Assembly: GCA_017304675.1 (NCBI GenBank)
Contig: JAFKLS010000020.1
Coordinates: 54,300-118,299, forward strand
Length of the DNA: 64,000 nucleotides
Source of the DNA: Sphingobacteriia bacterium
GTDB taxonomy: Bacteria > Bacteroidota > Bacteroidia > Chitinophagales > Chitinophagaceae
Direction of reading: 5' to 3'
The notes below the pieces were generated by a model. That model was not told the DNA's origin. It was given only the letters and a program-made list of their open reading frames with translations, and did not search any database. The position numbers and the translations under genes were made by a program. Below are positions 1 through 9,991 of the stretch, one piece after another (within the stretch, counting starts at the first letter, position 1; every line of letters begins with the position of its first letter).

Positions 1-216
1 TAAAATTTGAATAAGTACATCGCTTAAAAACAAGGCTACCAAAGGTAAAATGAAAGACTGTGTTTTATCTTTCACCATCATACCGCTGAACAAAGCAATG
101 GCTATAACCGGTGAAATGCCAGCCCATTCTATTTTAGGTGCAAAAAAGAATTTAGACAAAGTGGTTACCAACACCAGTACCATAGTAAAAACAATATCTT
201 TTTTAGAGAACTTCAT
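1..216 (-). CDS. Partial (N-terminal part only) polytopic membrane protein, DUF6580-like; continues off the left edge
   Basis: My own minus-strand translation from the ATG at 216 gives MKFSKKDIVFTMVLVLVTTLSKFFFAPKIEWAGISPVIAIALFSGMMVKDKTQSFILPLVALFLSDVLIQIL. It stays open to base 1 and has hydrophobic helices. It is absent from the ORF track, presumably because there is no stop in the window. Confidence 0.45.
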   Translation of the reverse strand, partial: MKFSKKDIVFTMVLVLVTTLSKFFFAPKIEWAGISPVIAIALFSGMMVKDKTQSFILPLVALFLSDVLIQIL

Positions 217-286
217 GTATTCAATATTTCGTGCAAAAATAAGTTTAAATGGCTATCAGTCAATCTCAATTTTTTCAAATTGCGAA

Positions 287-1504
287 TTATGCCGGCACAA
301 ATGCTTTGATCAGTAAACAATTCCCGGAAGAAGTAATGGTATAATCTTCCCCGGGCAATATGGCCACCACTTCTCCTTGCTTTATGGTCATGTTGGCGCC
401 GCTGCTCCCGTTAATAATTCCGCCACCTTCAACGGCAATGATGATCTCGAAAGAAGAGCTACTGGCACTGGTTGTTTGGCCACCATGCATCTCTATGGCA
501 TTAATCCCGAAATCGGGAACAGGGCAAGGATAATTTTTTTCGCAATCGCCCAGCTTAATACCTTTCATTACATCAGGAGTAACCCCTTCAAATAAAGTAT
601 GCTTCATTAATTCAGAAACATCAATATATTTTGGCGTTAATCCACCTCTCAATACATTATCACTGTTGGCCATCAGTTCTGCATTCTGCCCTTCGAGATA
701 AGCATGCGGTACGCCTGCTTTTTGAAAAACGGCCTCTCCTTTTTCTACTTTTACAATATTGAAAAAATAAATGGAGAAAATGCCCCGGTCAATATTCGTA
801 AAGTCTGTTTTTCCTTCATACAGTTTACAAACCCACCATCCTGGCATTTGTTTGTTCAGGTCTCCGCGAGATTTCCTGCTCAGTTCGTTTTTAATCAGCG
901 GTATGAGCATTCCGTCAACAGTATCCTGCCCCAGTTCCATCACAAATTGATACAAGCCTTTCAGGCCATTCTTTCTCAAAACAGGCAATAAAATATTCAA
1001 CTCGGCAGTATCTTCCAATATTTTTTCAAGGTCGGGCAAATGTTTAAACCCATGCAAAAGCCAGAACTCGCTTAAAGCAATCATTACTTCCGGTTTATGG
1101 TTTTTGTCTTTATAGTTCCGGTTAGGTGCGTTAATAGGAATGCCGGCAGCATTCTCTGCTTCAAATCCCTTTACCGCCTCTTCTTTAGTAGGATGCACCT
1201 GAATGCTCAGCATATCTTTAACATCCAGTATCTTAAACAAATAAGGCAATTCACCAAACTGTTGAAATACCTGTTCTGTAATCATAGTACCGGGGTTTGC
1301 ATTTATAAGGGCCAACAAAGAACTGGCCTGGCCTGTATGGATGATTTCTGAAGAAGCAGATGGGTGAGCACCCATCCAATATTCGGCGCAGGGCTTTCTA
1401 TCTTTATTATCGAAGCCTAACAAATGAGGGATATAATCGTATCCGCCCCATGCATAGTTTTGAACTTTACCTTTCAGTTTAAAAATTTTTCCAATTAATT
1501 CCAT
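287..1504 (-). CDS. manA: Mannose-6-phosphate isomerase, type I
   Basis: 405 aa. N-terminal KGKVQNYAWGG and the QVHP metal-site motif are typical of class I PMI. Confidence 0.9.
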   Translation of the reverse strand: MELIGKIFKLKGKVQNYAWGGYDYIPHLLGFDNKDRKPCAEYWMGAHPSASSEIIHTGQASSLLALINANPGTMITEQVFQQFGELPYLFKILDVKDMLSIQVHPTKEEAVKGFEAENAAGIPINAPNRNYKDKNHKPEVMIALSEFWLLHGFKHLPDLEKILEDTAELNILLPVLRKNGLKGLYQFVMELGQDTVDGMLIPLIKNELSRKSRGDLNKQMPGWWVCKLYEGKTDFTNIDRGIFSIYFFNIVKVEKGEAVFQKAGVPHAYLEGQNAELMANSDNVLRGGLTPKYIDVSELMKHTLFEGVTPDVMKGIKLGDCEKNYPCPVPDFGINAIEMHGGQTTSASSSSFEIIIAVEGGGIINGSSGANMTIKQGEVVAILPGEDYTITSSGNCLLIKAFVPA

Positions 1505-1529
1505 AGGTTAGCATTGATATCAGTTAAAG

Positions 1530-1883
1530 ATGAAATCTAAAGATACAGGCAACTTAGGAGAAAAAATCGCTTCCGATTTTTTGGTGAAAAAAGGGTTTAC
1601 ACTCTTGTTCCATAACTGGCGTTACAAGCAATATGAAATAGACCTGATTGCCCAAAAAGAAAACAGGTTGCATATTATTGAAGTGAAAACAAGGAATGGC
1701 GGAAAATTTGGCTTGCCGGAAGAAAGTATTTCTACAAAAAAAATGAATGCGCTGAAAAAAGCAGCAGCTATTTTTCTTGAATTGAATACAGCATATAAAC
1801 AGCTGCAGATAGATGTAATAGCCATAGTGCTTCACCCGGGCAAGGCCCCTGAGATTATGCTGATTGAAGATGTATTCTTTTAA
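1530..1883 (+). CDS. YraN family (UPF0102) endonuclease-like protein
   Basis: 117 aa. GEKIASDFLVKKGF...YEIDLIA...IIEVKTR matches the YraN/UPF0102 pattern. Confidence 0.85.
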   Translation: MKSKDTGNLGEKIASDFLVKKGFTLLFHNWRYKQYEIDLIAQKENRLHIIEVKTRNGGKFGLPEESISTKKMNALKKAAAIFLELNTAYKQLQIDVIAIVLHPGKAPEIMLIEDVFF

Positions 1884-1886
1884 GCA

Positions 1887-2402
1887 TTATTTTTTCTTTT
1901 CCAGCTTCACTCTATCAATCATTTTTTCTACCATTTTAAAAGTTGCAGGGCAATATTCAATATTCTGCTGGTGCACATGAATATAATCTACCATTTTCTT
2001 TTTCGTTAGATGCGGAAATCCGGCACAATCAGCAGGCCTCACCTCATAAATGCTGCACATATTGGTTTGCAGATCTAAAAACTGGCAGGGTTGCTGTTTG
2101 TTCATCCAATCACCATCTTCTTCATCAAAATACAGCCATTTATCTTTAAACTCCGAAGGTTTTATTTCAAAATGGTCTGCAATACGTTTTATATCTTTTG
2201 TGGTAAACGTTGGGCTCATCTTCTTGCAACAGTTTGCACAGGTAAGGCAATCTACTTCGCGCCATACTTCTTTATCTATTTCCTCGGCCATTGCATCCAG
2301 GTTTTTAGGCGGTTTCTTCTCTATATGCCCCAGGAATTTCTTGAACGCTTTCTTTCGGTGACGTAATCTTTGTTTAAACGAGCGGATATTAACTGGCTGC
2401 AT
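1887..2402 (-). CDS. YkgJ family cysteine-cluster (Fe-S/Zn) protein
   Basis: 171 aa. The CLTCANCCKK cluster plus later Cys residues match UPF0153/YkgJ. Confidence 0.75.
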   Translation of the reverse strand: MQPVNIRSFKQRLRHRKKAFKKFLGHIEKKPPKNLDAMAEEIDKEVWREVDCLTCANCCKKMSPTFTTKDIKRIADHFEIKPSEFKDKWLYFDEEDGDWMNKQQPCQFLDLQTNMCSIYEVRPADCAGFPHLTKKKMVDYIHVHQQNIEYCPATFKMVEKMIDRVKLEKKK

Positions 2403-2504
2403 GCAATGTTTAATTAAAAATTGAAAATCTTATATTTGGTTGATTGCTAAAGTAAGGTATTCTTCACGCAATTTGTAATCTTCAATTTCAAATCGGTATT
2501 TAAC

Positions 2505-3407
2505 ATGTGGGATGCTTATAAGAAAGGCTTTAAAGCTTATTTACAGTTAGAAAAATCGTTAAGCGAAAATTCTGTGGAAGCTTATTTGCGTGATATAGAA
2601 AAATTAACCACTTTCCTGCAGGTAACCGAAAACTTAAAAGCGCCGGATACCATTGAATTGAAAGACCTTCAACAATTTATTAAATGGATTGCAGACCTGG
2701 GCATGACAGCCACATCGCAGGCAAGAATTATTTCGGGCATTCGCGGGTTTTACAAATACTGTTTAACAGAACAGATAACTACAAAAGACCCTTCTGTTTT
2801 ACTGGATGCCCCGAAAACCAGAAGAGCACTCCCGGATTTTTTAACATTCGGAGAAATTGAACACATTATTAGCCAGATAGATTTAAGTAAACCGGAAGGC
2901 CAAAGAAATAAAGCCATCGTTGAGACAATGTATAGCTGTGGCCTAAGGGTAAGCGAATTGGTGAGTTTAAAAATTAGTTGCCTTTATTTGGATATTGGCT
3001 TTATACGTGTTGTGGGTAAGGGCGATAAGGAAAGGCTGGTGCCAATTGGAAGGGAAGCCATCAAGCATATTAAAATTTATTTTAACCAGATAAGAGCTCA
3101 CCAAAATATTGCAAAAGATTATGAAGACATATTATTCCTGAATAAATTCGGCAGGTCGCTTTCCCGTATTATGATCTTTTACATAATTAAAGAGTTGGCA
3201 CAAAAAGCCGGTATCACCAAAACCATTTCACCACATACTTTTAGGCATTCTTTTGCCACTCATTTAGTAGAAGGCGGAGCAGACCTCAGGGCCGTACAGG
3301 AAATGCTTGGACACGAAAGCATTACCACAACAGAAATATACACTCACCTTGACCGCGACTATTTACGAAGTACATTAATGCAGTATCACCCGGCATTTAA
3401 GAAATAA
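2505..3407 (+). CDS. xerD: Site-specific tyrosine recombinase XerD
   Basis: 300 aa. The SAM-like N-terminal domain and the C-terminal HTFRHSFATHL...LGH...TTEIYTH catalytic R-H-R-Y signature are present. Confidence 0.85.
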   Translation: MWDAYKKGFKAYLQLEKSLSENSVEAYLRDIEKLTTFLQVTENLKAPDTIELKDLQQFIKWIADLGMTATSQARIISGIRGFYKYCLTEQITTKDPSVLLDAPKTRRALPDFLTFGEIEHIISQIDLSKPEGQRNKAIVETMYSCGLRVSELVSLKISCLYLDIGFIRVVGKGDKERLVPIGREAIKHIKIYFNQIRAHQNIAKDYEDILFLNKFGRSLSRIMIFYIIKELAQKAGITKTISPHTFRHSFATHLVEGGADLRAVQEMLGHESITTTEIYTHLDRDYLRSTLMQYHPAFKK

Positions 3408-4511
3408 TTATTGAACGCTTATTTTTTCTACATACTGCTTTTGTTGTTTTATGCCTGTAACCTTAACAAAATAAATGCCCGGCGCTAATGTTGATGGCAA
3501 TTGCATCCGAATAGTTTGTGTTTTAATAACAGCAGGCAGTTCTTCGTGTACAAGCAGTTTCCCATGAACATCCAGCAATTGTAATTGCACCTCTCCTGCT
3601 ATTCCCAACTCAATATTTAAAATACCATTTCGCATAATCGGGTTAGGAAATACTTTTAACGGATTAGCAATAATTGTAAATACCGGGTTATCCAAAGCTT
3701 TTCTTACCGCTGCAAGGCTGGTATCTGTAAAAGCAGGCTTACTACAACCAACAACAACAGCACCAACGGTAACAACTTCGCCCATCATTGCTTTGGTATT
3801 GCTATGAATAACGATTTCGGGCAACATTCCGTATTGAGTGTTTAACTTCAATGTATCTTTTGAAACTACAAGAGATACATTCCTGGTAACCGTCTGGTAT
3901 CCTAATGCAGATACCGTTATATCTGCTTTCTCAGAATATTTTCTAAGCTGCAGTTTAAAATTTCCATCTACATCTGTACTTGTTCCCATCTTTGTATCTT
4001 TCAGCATTACTGTTGCATAGGGAATAGGCATACCGTTTTCATCAACAATTTTCCCACAAATAAAATTGGCTTTAAGTAATTCGGGTTTTCGTTGCTTTGT
4101 TGTTAGCACTTCCTTATTGCTTTGTTTTGCTTCCACTACAATAGTATCGCCTAACATTGTTGATTCCGGGTTCACTGTTATTTGTACAGCCTTTGTTTCT
4201 TTTTTTTGTGCATATCCTTTTTTTGTACTTATCATCAATGCCAAAATTGTTGCCACCAACCATTGCCAGCTTTTTTTCTTTTCAATCTTTGTATCGTTCA
4301 AACTGCGCTGTAATTGACTATTATCGAATCGTCCACATATTTTTCCCGTTGCATGTTTAAAATAGTTCAGAATTTCTGCATCGGTCATTACACTAAAATC
4401 CATTACCTGTTTATTACAGCTATCACAAAACCTGCCTTTCTGTGCAGGATGCATTTGATCCCAATTTTCATAGCAAGGCCTGGGAATATTTAATTGAAAT
4501 GTTTTGTTCAT
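3408..4511 (-). CDS. Single-pass membrane protein with four parts: an N-terminal Cys-rich zinc-finger-like module, a TM helix, a CarboxypepD_reg-like domain and a T9SS C-terminal sorting domain
   Basis: N-terminus is PCYENWDQMHPAQKGRFCDSCNKQVMDFS. TM helix is WQWLVATILALMI. The GKIVDENGMPIPYATVMLKDT...SALGYQ segment is the CarboxypepD_reg fold. The C-terminus VFPNPIMRNGILNIEL...GIYFVKV...ISVQ looks like Por_Secre_tail. Confidence 0.7.
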   Translation of the reverse strand: MNKTFQLNIPRPCYENWDQMHPAQKGRFCDSCNKQVMDFSVMTDAEILNYFKHATGKICGRFDNSQLQRSLNDTKIEKKKSWQWLVATILALMISTKKGYAQKKETKAVQITVNPESTMLGDTIVVEAKQSNKEVLTTKQRKPELLKANFICGKIVDENGMPIPYATVMLKDTKMGTSTDVDGNFKLQLRKYSEKADITVSALGYQTVTRNVSLVVSKDTLKLNTQYGMLPEIVIHSNTKAMMGEVVTVGAVVVGCSKPAFTDTSLAAVRKALDNPVFTIIANPLKVFPNPIMRNGILNIELGIAGEVQLQLLDVHGKLLVHEELPAVIKTQTIRMQLPSTLAPGIYFVKVTGIKQQKQYVEKISVQ

Positions 4512-4586
4512 ATGGTTTTTGTTAGCAGGATGCAGTGTTTCAAAAAATTACATAGCAGGTCAGAAAAAAAATTATCTTCATTTCCC

Positions 4587-5150
4587 ATGATTCCGGTAAA
4601 GCACATAACTTCTCCCAGAGAAGACATTGATCTATTACATGAATTCCAATTGAGCGGAGATCAGCAAGTGCTTGCTATACTATACCTGCGCTATGCAGAC
4701 CTTGTATATGGCGTTTGTATCAAATACCTGAAAAACCAGGATGCAGCCAAAGATGCCGTAATGACTATTTATGAAGAATTATTTCAAAAGTTACCTATGC
4801 ACCAGGTAGAGTCCTTTAAAAGCTGGTTATATGTGTTTACTAAAAATCATTGCCTGATGCAACTGAGAAAAGAAAAAAAGGCAGTTATGGTAGAAATAAA
4901 GAACAGCGATATGCAATCCGAAGATTTTTCGCATCTGGATGATGTGCTTGAAAAAGAAAAGGAGCTAAAAAAACTGGAGCGTTGTATTGATACGCTGAAT
5001 ATGGATCAAAATAAAGTGATACGATTGTTTTACCTGGAAAACAAATGCTATAACGATATCGCAGCATGCACCGGATGGGATTGGAATAAGGTAAGAAGCA
5101 CAGTGCAGAACGGAAGAAGAAATTTAAAAAACTGTATGGAGCAAAAATGA
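4587..5150 (+). CDS. RNA polymerase ECF-type sigma-70 factor
   Basis: Sigma region 2 (LYLRYADLVYGVCIKYL...) and region 4 (IRLFYLENKCYNDIA) are present. I moved the start to the ATG at 4587; the ORF-track start at 4494 overlaps the divergent gene. Confidence 0.85.
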   Translation: MIPVKHITSPREDIDLLHEFQLSGDQQVLAILYLRYADLVYGVCIKYLKNQDAAKDAVMTIYEELFQKLPMHQVESFKSWLYVFTKNHCLMQLRKEKKAVMVEIKNSDMQSEDFSHLDDVLEKEKELKKLERCIDTLNMDQNKVIRLFYLENKCYNDIAACTGWDWNKVRSTVQNGRRNLKNCMEQK

Positions 5151-6475
5151 CTGAACAATCTAAACATATTAATTATTCTGCAGCAGATATAGAACGTTAT
5201 TTCAATGGTAAAATGCCTGCTGTGGAAATGTATGCGTTAGAAAAAGCAGCTTTACAAGACCCTCTTCTTGCAGATGCTTTAGAAGGTTATGCCGGTGCAG
5301 ATTTTGAGCAAGCAAAACATCATTTGAAAGATATAGAACAAACTGTGCTGAACGGAAAAAGAAGTGCTAAAGTTGTTCCGTTACTACAGTCTAAATCTTT
5401 TAACCGGATAATTGCCGCATCTGTTATAGTGGTTGCAATTACAGGTATTGTTGTATACGAGGTAATGCAACCTGCTTCAAAAGAACAAAAGCAAACTGTT
5501 GCAATTACACCGGCAGCAGATACAACTTTAATTGCTTCACAAAAACAAAACAATAATAAAACAGGTGCTGTTACACTTGCAGCACCATCCTTCAAAAAAG
5601 AAAAAACAATTAAGCAACATACGCCAACACCACAGCCCGGTTTATTGGCTGCAACCGAAAAGAAAGATACTGAACAAGCAGGCAATAGCGTACAACTACA
5701 GGACGTTGCAACTTTTAAAACTGCCCCGGTTAAAAGCAAAGATGTTGCTGCAGCCATACCACCAATTGCAGACAGCATTGCAATGCCCCATGAGCAGAAA
5801 TCTTTAACGGCATTGGCTGGCCGTGTTGCAGGTATGGAAAGAAGTAAATTACAAAATTATGCCATCAGGGGAAGGGTTACTACAGCAAAAGGGAAACCTA
5901 TTCCGTTTGCAACTATTATGATTCCTGATAAAAAGATCAGCACAACCACTGATGGTAACGGAAGCTTTGAATTATCATTAAGAGACAGTACAGCCAAGGT
6001 ACAAGTAAGCGCTTTAGGATTTGAAGAAATGACTACCGCATTGTCTTTTCAAAGCAACAACCAGGTATCCTTAAAAGAAAGTGAGCAATCACTATCTGAA
6101 GTGGTGGTTACAGCATTAAACACAAAAAAGTCAAAAAAAATATCAGATGCAGGGTTTCTCAAAGAGTCTCTTGCCAAAGATTCATTAATGCCAGACGGAG
6201 GATGGAACGCATACAGGGATTATATCAGATCACAAATAAAAATCGATAGTTTCTTTAATGGTATCCCCTACGCTGAAATAGAGTTTGAGTTTAATATAGA
6301 TAAACAGGGTAAGGCTATGAATGTAGAGATATTAAAATCTCCTTCCACACAAATAAACCCATATTTAATTGAAGCCATTGAAAAAGGGCCAAAATGGCTG
6401 AGTAATTCGGGAAATAAAAAATCAAAAAAGAAAGCAAAGATCAATTTGCAAACAGATAACCCTCCATCAAATTGA
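5147..6475 (+). CDS. Anti-sigma-like single-pass membrane protein with CarboxypepD_reg-like and TonB-C-like domains
   Basis: It overlaps the sigma gene stop by 4 nt. There is a TM helix (IIAASVIVVAITGIVVY), a low-complexity linker, IRGRVTTAKGKPIPFATIMIPD...SALGFEE, and a C-terminal TonB-like fold. Confidence 0.6.
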   Translation: MTEQSKHINYSAADIERYFNGKMPAVEMYALEKAALQDPLLADALEGYAGADFEQAKHHLKDIEQTVLNGKRSAKVVPLLQSKSFNRIIAASVIVVAITGIVVYEVMQPASKEQKQTVAITPAADTTLIASQKQNNNKTGAVTLAAPSFKKEKTIKQHTPTPQPGLLAATEKKDTEQAGNSVQLQDVATFKTAPVKSKDVAAAIPPIADSIAMPHEQKSLTALAGRVAGMERSKLQNYAIRGRVTTAKGKPIPFATIMIPDKKISTTTDGNGSFELSLRDSTAKVQVSALGFEEMTTALSFQSNNQVSLKESEQSLSEVVVTALNTKKSKKISDAGFLKESLAKDSLMPDGGWNAYRDYIRSQIKIDSFFNGIPYAEIEFEFNIDKQGKAMNVEILKSPSTQINPYLIEAIEKGPKWLSNSGNKKSKKKAKINLQTDNPPSN

Positions 6476-6523
6476 TATTGCAGGTGCAAAATCAAACATG
6501 TAGGTTTGTGAAAAATAAAGTTT

Positions 6524-7363
6524 ATGAAAAAAATATTATTGCCGGCCTTATTGCTTGCAACTTCTTTTTGTATTGCCCAGGTTAAAATGCCTGCACCCAG
6601 CACTACACAAACCATAGTACAGGATTTTGGCATGGGCAAATTAGAACTAACTTATTCAAGGCCCAATATAAAAGGCAGAACCCTGTTTAAAGAAAACAGT
6701 GAATTGGCTCCCTTGGGTAAAGTTTGGAGAACCGGTGCCAATAGCGCAACCAAATTAAAAGTTACCGATCCCATTAATATGGCCGGGCATACAATAGATA
6801 CCGGCAGCTATGCCATTTTTACCATTCCGGGTAAAAAAGATTGGACCATTATCATTAACAAAGATTCTAAGAATTGGGGTACACAGTATGCTGAACAAGA
6901 TGATTTGTTTCGCTTTACCGTAACGGCAGACGCCATGAAAGAAAGTATTGAAACATTTACCATGCAATTTGCAGATATTAAAGCCGAAAGTTGCGAGTTA
7001 CATTTAATGTGGGGAAATACATTTGTAAGAATCCCCATTACCACCAATATAAGGGAAAGATTAAGAGCACAGTTTGAAACAGCATTGAATGCAGATAAAG
7101 TAAACCCCGTTGTTTACCAACAGGCAGCAACATTTTATTTTGAGATGGACAAAGACAATAATAAAGCCTTACAATGCGTTGCTAAAGCTTCAGAAGCCAA
7201 CCCTAAAGCATTTTGGCTTTTTTTACAAAAAGCTAAGATAGAAAAAGCCATGGGAGACAAAGCCAGTGCAAAAGCAGATGCTGAAAAATGTATCAGTTTG
7301 GCTACAGAACAGAAAAACGATGATTATGTTAGATCGGCCAAAGAAGTGTTGAAATCTTTGTAG
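6524..7363 (+). CDS. DUF2911 domain-containing secreted protein with a helical-repeat C-terminus
   Basis: Signal peptide, then GKLELTYSRPNIKGR...WRTGANSATKL, which is typical of DUF2911. Confidence 0.7.
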   Translation: MKKILLPALLLATSFCIAQVKMPAPSTTQTIVQDFGMGKLELTYSRPNIKGRTLFKENSELAPLGKVWRTGANSATKLKVTDPINMAGHTIDTGSYAIFTIPGKKDWTIIINKDSKNWGTQYAEQDDLFRFTVTADAMKESIETFTMQFADIKAESCELHLMWGNTFVRIPITTNIRERLRAQFETALNADKVNPVVYQQAATFYFEMDKDNNKALQCVAKASEANPKAFWLFLQKAKIEKAMGDKASAKADAEKCISLATEQKNDDYVRSAKEVLKSL

Positions 7364-7383
7364 GATTTTAAAATAGTATACAA

Positions 7384-7416
7384 CAATAAAGCCCCAGCCA
7401 CACTGGGGCTTTATTG
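7384..7416. terminator. Bidirectional rho-independent terminator between convergent genes
   Basis: A perfect 14-bp stem, CAATAAAGCCCCAG / CTGGGGCTTTATTG, with a 5-nt loop and A/T runs on both sides. Confidence 0.75.
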
Positions 7417-7417
7417 T

Positions 7418-8683
7418 TTAAAATGCAACATTAGTTCTTGAATTAAGATTATAGGCTCCTACTAACTCATCGTACCTGTTGCTTAATGATCTGTAATAAA
7501 CCAAAATTGTATATTGGTTTTCTGTTTCCCAATGGCTTCCATCAATTAAAGATGTTTCAGGTTTGGTATTATCCGTAACATCTTTAGCAATGTAATTGTA
7601 ATTATAGTATCCCTGTTTAAGCAAGATTTTTTTCTCATACACCCCTTTTTCTTTATTGAATTCCATTTTACTGTTTTCGTTCAGTTGGTTGGCAACCAGT
7701 TCTCCTGACAAAAAAATATCTTTCCCTGTATATGGCTGATGGTTGGGAGGAACCAACGTAAACACTACTGTACCATATTCGGTTTGCCACCACGGATTAA
7801 CATTATCTGCCGATGCAATAAAGAACATTCCATCATAATCCTGCCAGTATAAGTATTGTGATGTTTTTCTAGCAGCATCGGGTTGCAATACAATCTCCGA
7901 GCCATTGCTCACTTTAACAATACGATCACTTAAAAAACGAAAGCTTCTCAAATCGGCCCAATGGTACTCGTTGCCCCCCTCAAAAACAAGATCATCATCT
8001 CCATTATATTCTATGGTATTCCCTTTTAAGAATGTAGGTTGCGGATTTATGACAGCATTATCGTACCGGGCATTTTGTAAAACAGTTAACTTTACCTGCT
8101 GCAAAGCATTCACCATATCGTTCTTTTGCAAGTTGATTTTTAACTGAATTTTTTGGTGGGTTAAATAAGTGTCCTGGTTTAAAGGTTGTACTACCCTTGC
8201 TGCAATAGAAGCTTTTTGATCGACCACATAAAACCTTTTTGTAAAAGCCAGTTGTGCCGTGTCGCCATTTAAAAATACCTTCAGCAGGTAATTACCGCTC
8301 TTGGTGGGCTTGCAGTTGTATTCCGGCAACAACGCCTGGTAATGAATATAATTGGTAGCAGCGATAGAAGAATTTCTGTATTGTGTAATTCTCTGTTGTA
8401 TATACCCGCTTATGAAATCGAAAGCAGACAATTGGCAGGGTTGCCAATCTGCATCGCACAACTGAAAAGTATAATAATAAGATTGAATATTTTTTCCAAG
8501 ATCATCGAAATGCAGTTCTATAAGATCGGCAGAGTTTAGTCTGATAACAGGCAGGCTTAACTGGTCGTTCTGCAAAAAAAGTTTCACTGCTTTAACAGTG
8601 GGGGAATAAACCTTATCTGGTTCTGTTTGGGCTGCACCACCTAAAAAAATACAGCAACCCATTAATAAAAGCATATATTTCAT
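7418..8683 (-). CDS. DUF5103 / T9SS plug-like domain protein
   Basis: Signal peptide from the ATG at 8683 (MKYMLLLMGC...). VYSPTVKAVKL...HFDDLG...YYYTFQLCDADW resembles the DUF5103 family as I remember it. The family assignment is from memory only. Confidence 0.55.
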   Translation of the reverse strand: MKYMLLLMGCCIFLGGAAQTEPDKVYSPTVKAVKLFLQNDQLSLPVIRLNSADLIELHFDDLGKNIQSYYYTFQLCDADWQPCQLSAFDFISGYIQQRITQYRNSSIAATNYIHYQALLPEYNCKPTKSGNYLLKVFLNGDTAQLAFTKRFYVVDQKASIAARVVQPLNQDTYLTHQKIQLKINLQKNDMVNALQQVKLTVLQNARYDNAVINPQPTFLKGNTIEYNGDDDLVFEGGNEYHWADLRSFRFLSDRIVKVSNGSEIVLQPDAARKTSQYLYWQDYDGMFFIASADNVNPWWQTEYGTVVFTLVPPNHQPYTGKDIFLSGELVANQLNENSKMEFNKEKGVYEKKILLKQGYYNYNYIAKDVTDNTKPETSLIDGSHWETENQYTILVYYRSLSNRYDELVGAYNLNSRTNVAF

Positions 8684-8761
8684 ACGATCAATAAAATACA
8701 AATTAACTATAAATACTTTTGTTCATTGCATTTATCAATTTAGTTTTGACAATAACAAATT

Positions 8762-9988
8762 TTGAATCTTCCATTTTTCATAGCAGCTAGGGTTGCTTTT
8801 AACAGCAAAAAAACATTTTCCCGTTTTATCATCCGTCTTTCTATTATTGCCACGGCAGTAAGTGTGGCAGCCATGATATTGACTGTTTGTTTTGTGAGCG
8901 GCTTTCAGCAAACCATTTCAAAAAAAGTATTTAGCTTTTGGGGGCATATCCGTGTACAGCATTTCAGTCTGAATAAATCGCTGATAGCGGAAGAAGAAGC
9001 CATTGAATCTAACTCGCTTGTTGAGGATATTATTAAACGCCAGCCGGGCGTGGTATCCGTTCAACCGTTTGCAACCAAAAGCAGCGTAGTTCAGGTTAGT
9101 CAGGAAATAGAAGGTGTTTTGGTAAAAGGTATTTCTAACTCATACGATAGTACACAATTTAAACGCTTTATTAAAGAGGGCAGATGGCTGCACTTCACAG
9201 ATTCGTCTTATTGCAAAGAAATTTTATTACCTCTAAATGTTGCCAGTGCTCTTAAAATACATGCCAATGATTCCGTAAGGGTTTATTTTATCACCAATGG
9301 CAACGGTACTTTCAGGAAACTCAGTGTTGCCGGCATCTATAAAACAGGGATTGAAGAATACGACAATACTTTTGCGCTTGCAGACCTCAAATTAATACAG
9401 CGTGTGAGCAACTGGCAACCGAATGAAATTGGCGGATACGAAGTATTATTAAATAACGCTTCTGAATTAGACAGTATCAGTAGCCACTTACACAGTGAAT
9501 TACCCCAGGTTTGGGAAAGCAGAACCATTAAAGAAGTATATCCTAATATTTTCGACTGGCTGAACATTTTAAATACCAACCGCAACGTTGTATTTATTGT
9601 TATGGGCATTGTGGCCATTATTAACCTGATTACCTGTTTATTGATCCTGGTACTGGAAAGAACTACAATGATAGGCGTATTAAAAGCACTGGGCATGCCG
9701 GATGCATCTTTGCAGAAATTGTTTTTATATTATGCGGGCAGCATTGCTGCAATTGGCATAGGTATTGGGCTTTTTTTTGGTTTAGGCATCTGCATATTGC
9801 AATATTTTTTTGGCATTATTACTTTAGATGAAGTGAATTACTATGTATCGGTAGCTCCTGTTTCGTTTGAATGGGGCTGGATAGTATTGATTGTTTCAGG
9901 CACTATTGTAGTTTGCTTTGCAGCATTACTCATTCCTTCTTTATTTGTAAGAAAAATTGCGGTGGTAAAAGCCATTCAATTCAGGTAA
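8762..9988 (+). CDS. FtsX/LolE-like ABC transporter permease
   Basis: 408 aa with an N-terminal TM, a large periplasmic MacB-like domain and a C-terminal FtsX 3-TM bundle. The start is TTG in the ORF track and is uncertain. Confidence 0.8.
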   Translation: MNLPFFIAARVAFNSKKTFSRFIIRLSIIATAVSVAAMILTVCFVSGFQQTISKKVFSFWGHIRVQHFSLNKSLIAEEEAIESNSLVEDIIKRQPGVVSVQPFATKSSVVQVSQEIEGVLVKGISNSYDSTQFKRFIKEGRWLHFTDSSYCKEILLPLNVASALKIHANDSVRVYFITNGNGTFRKLSVAGIYKTGIEEYDNTFALADLKLIQRVSNWQPNEIGGYEVLLNNASELDSISSHLHSELPQVWESRTIKEVYPNIFDWLNILNTNRNVVFIVMGIVAIINLITCLLILVLERTTMIGVLKALGMPDASLQKLFLYYAGSIAAIGIGIGLFFGLGICILQYFFGIITLDEVNYYVSVAPVSFEWGWIVLIVSGTIVVCFAALLIPSLFVRKIAVVKAIQFR

Positions 9989-9991
9989 TGA

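Noticed and set aside
50-316. 88-aa plus-strand ORF at the left edge
   Set aside because: It is antisense to a better-supported open membrane-protein frame (1-216, minus strand) and overlaps the manA 3' end.
2505-3407. XerD as the integrase of a mobile element
   Set aside because: It has canonical XerD length and motifs, housekeeping neighbours, and no att-like repeats or cargo genes.
5320-5778. 152-aa minus-strand ORF
   Set aside because: It is antisense to the low-complexity linker of the anti-sigma-like protein. Its composition mirrors that linker, so it is a shadow ORF.
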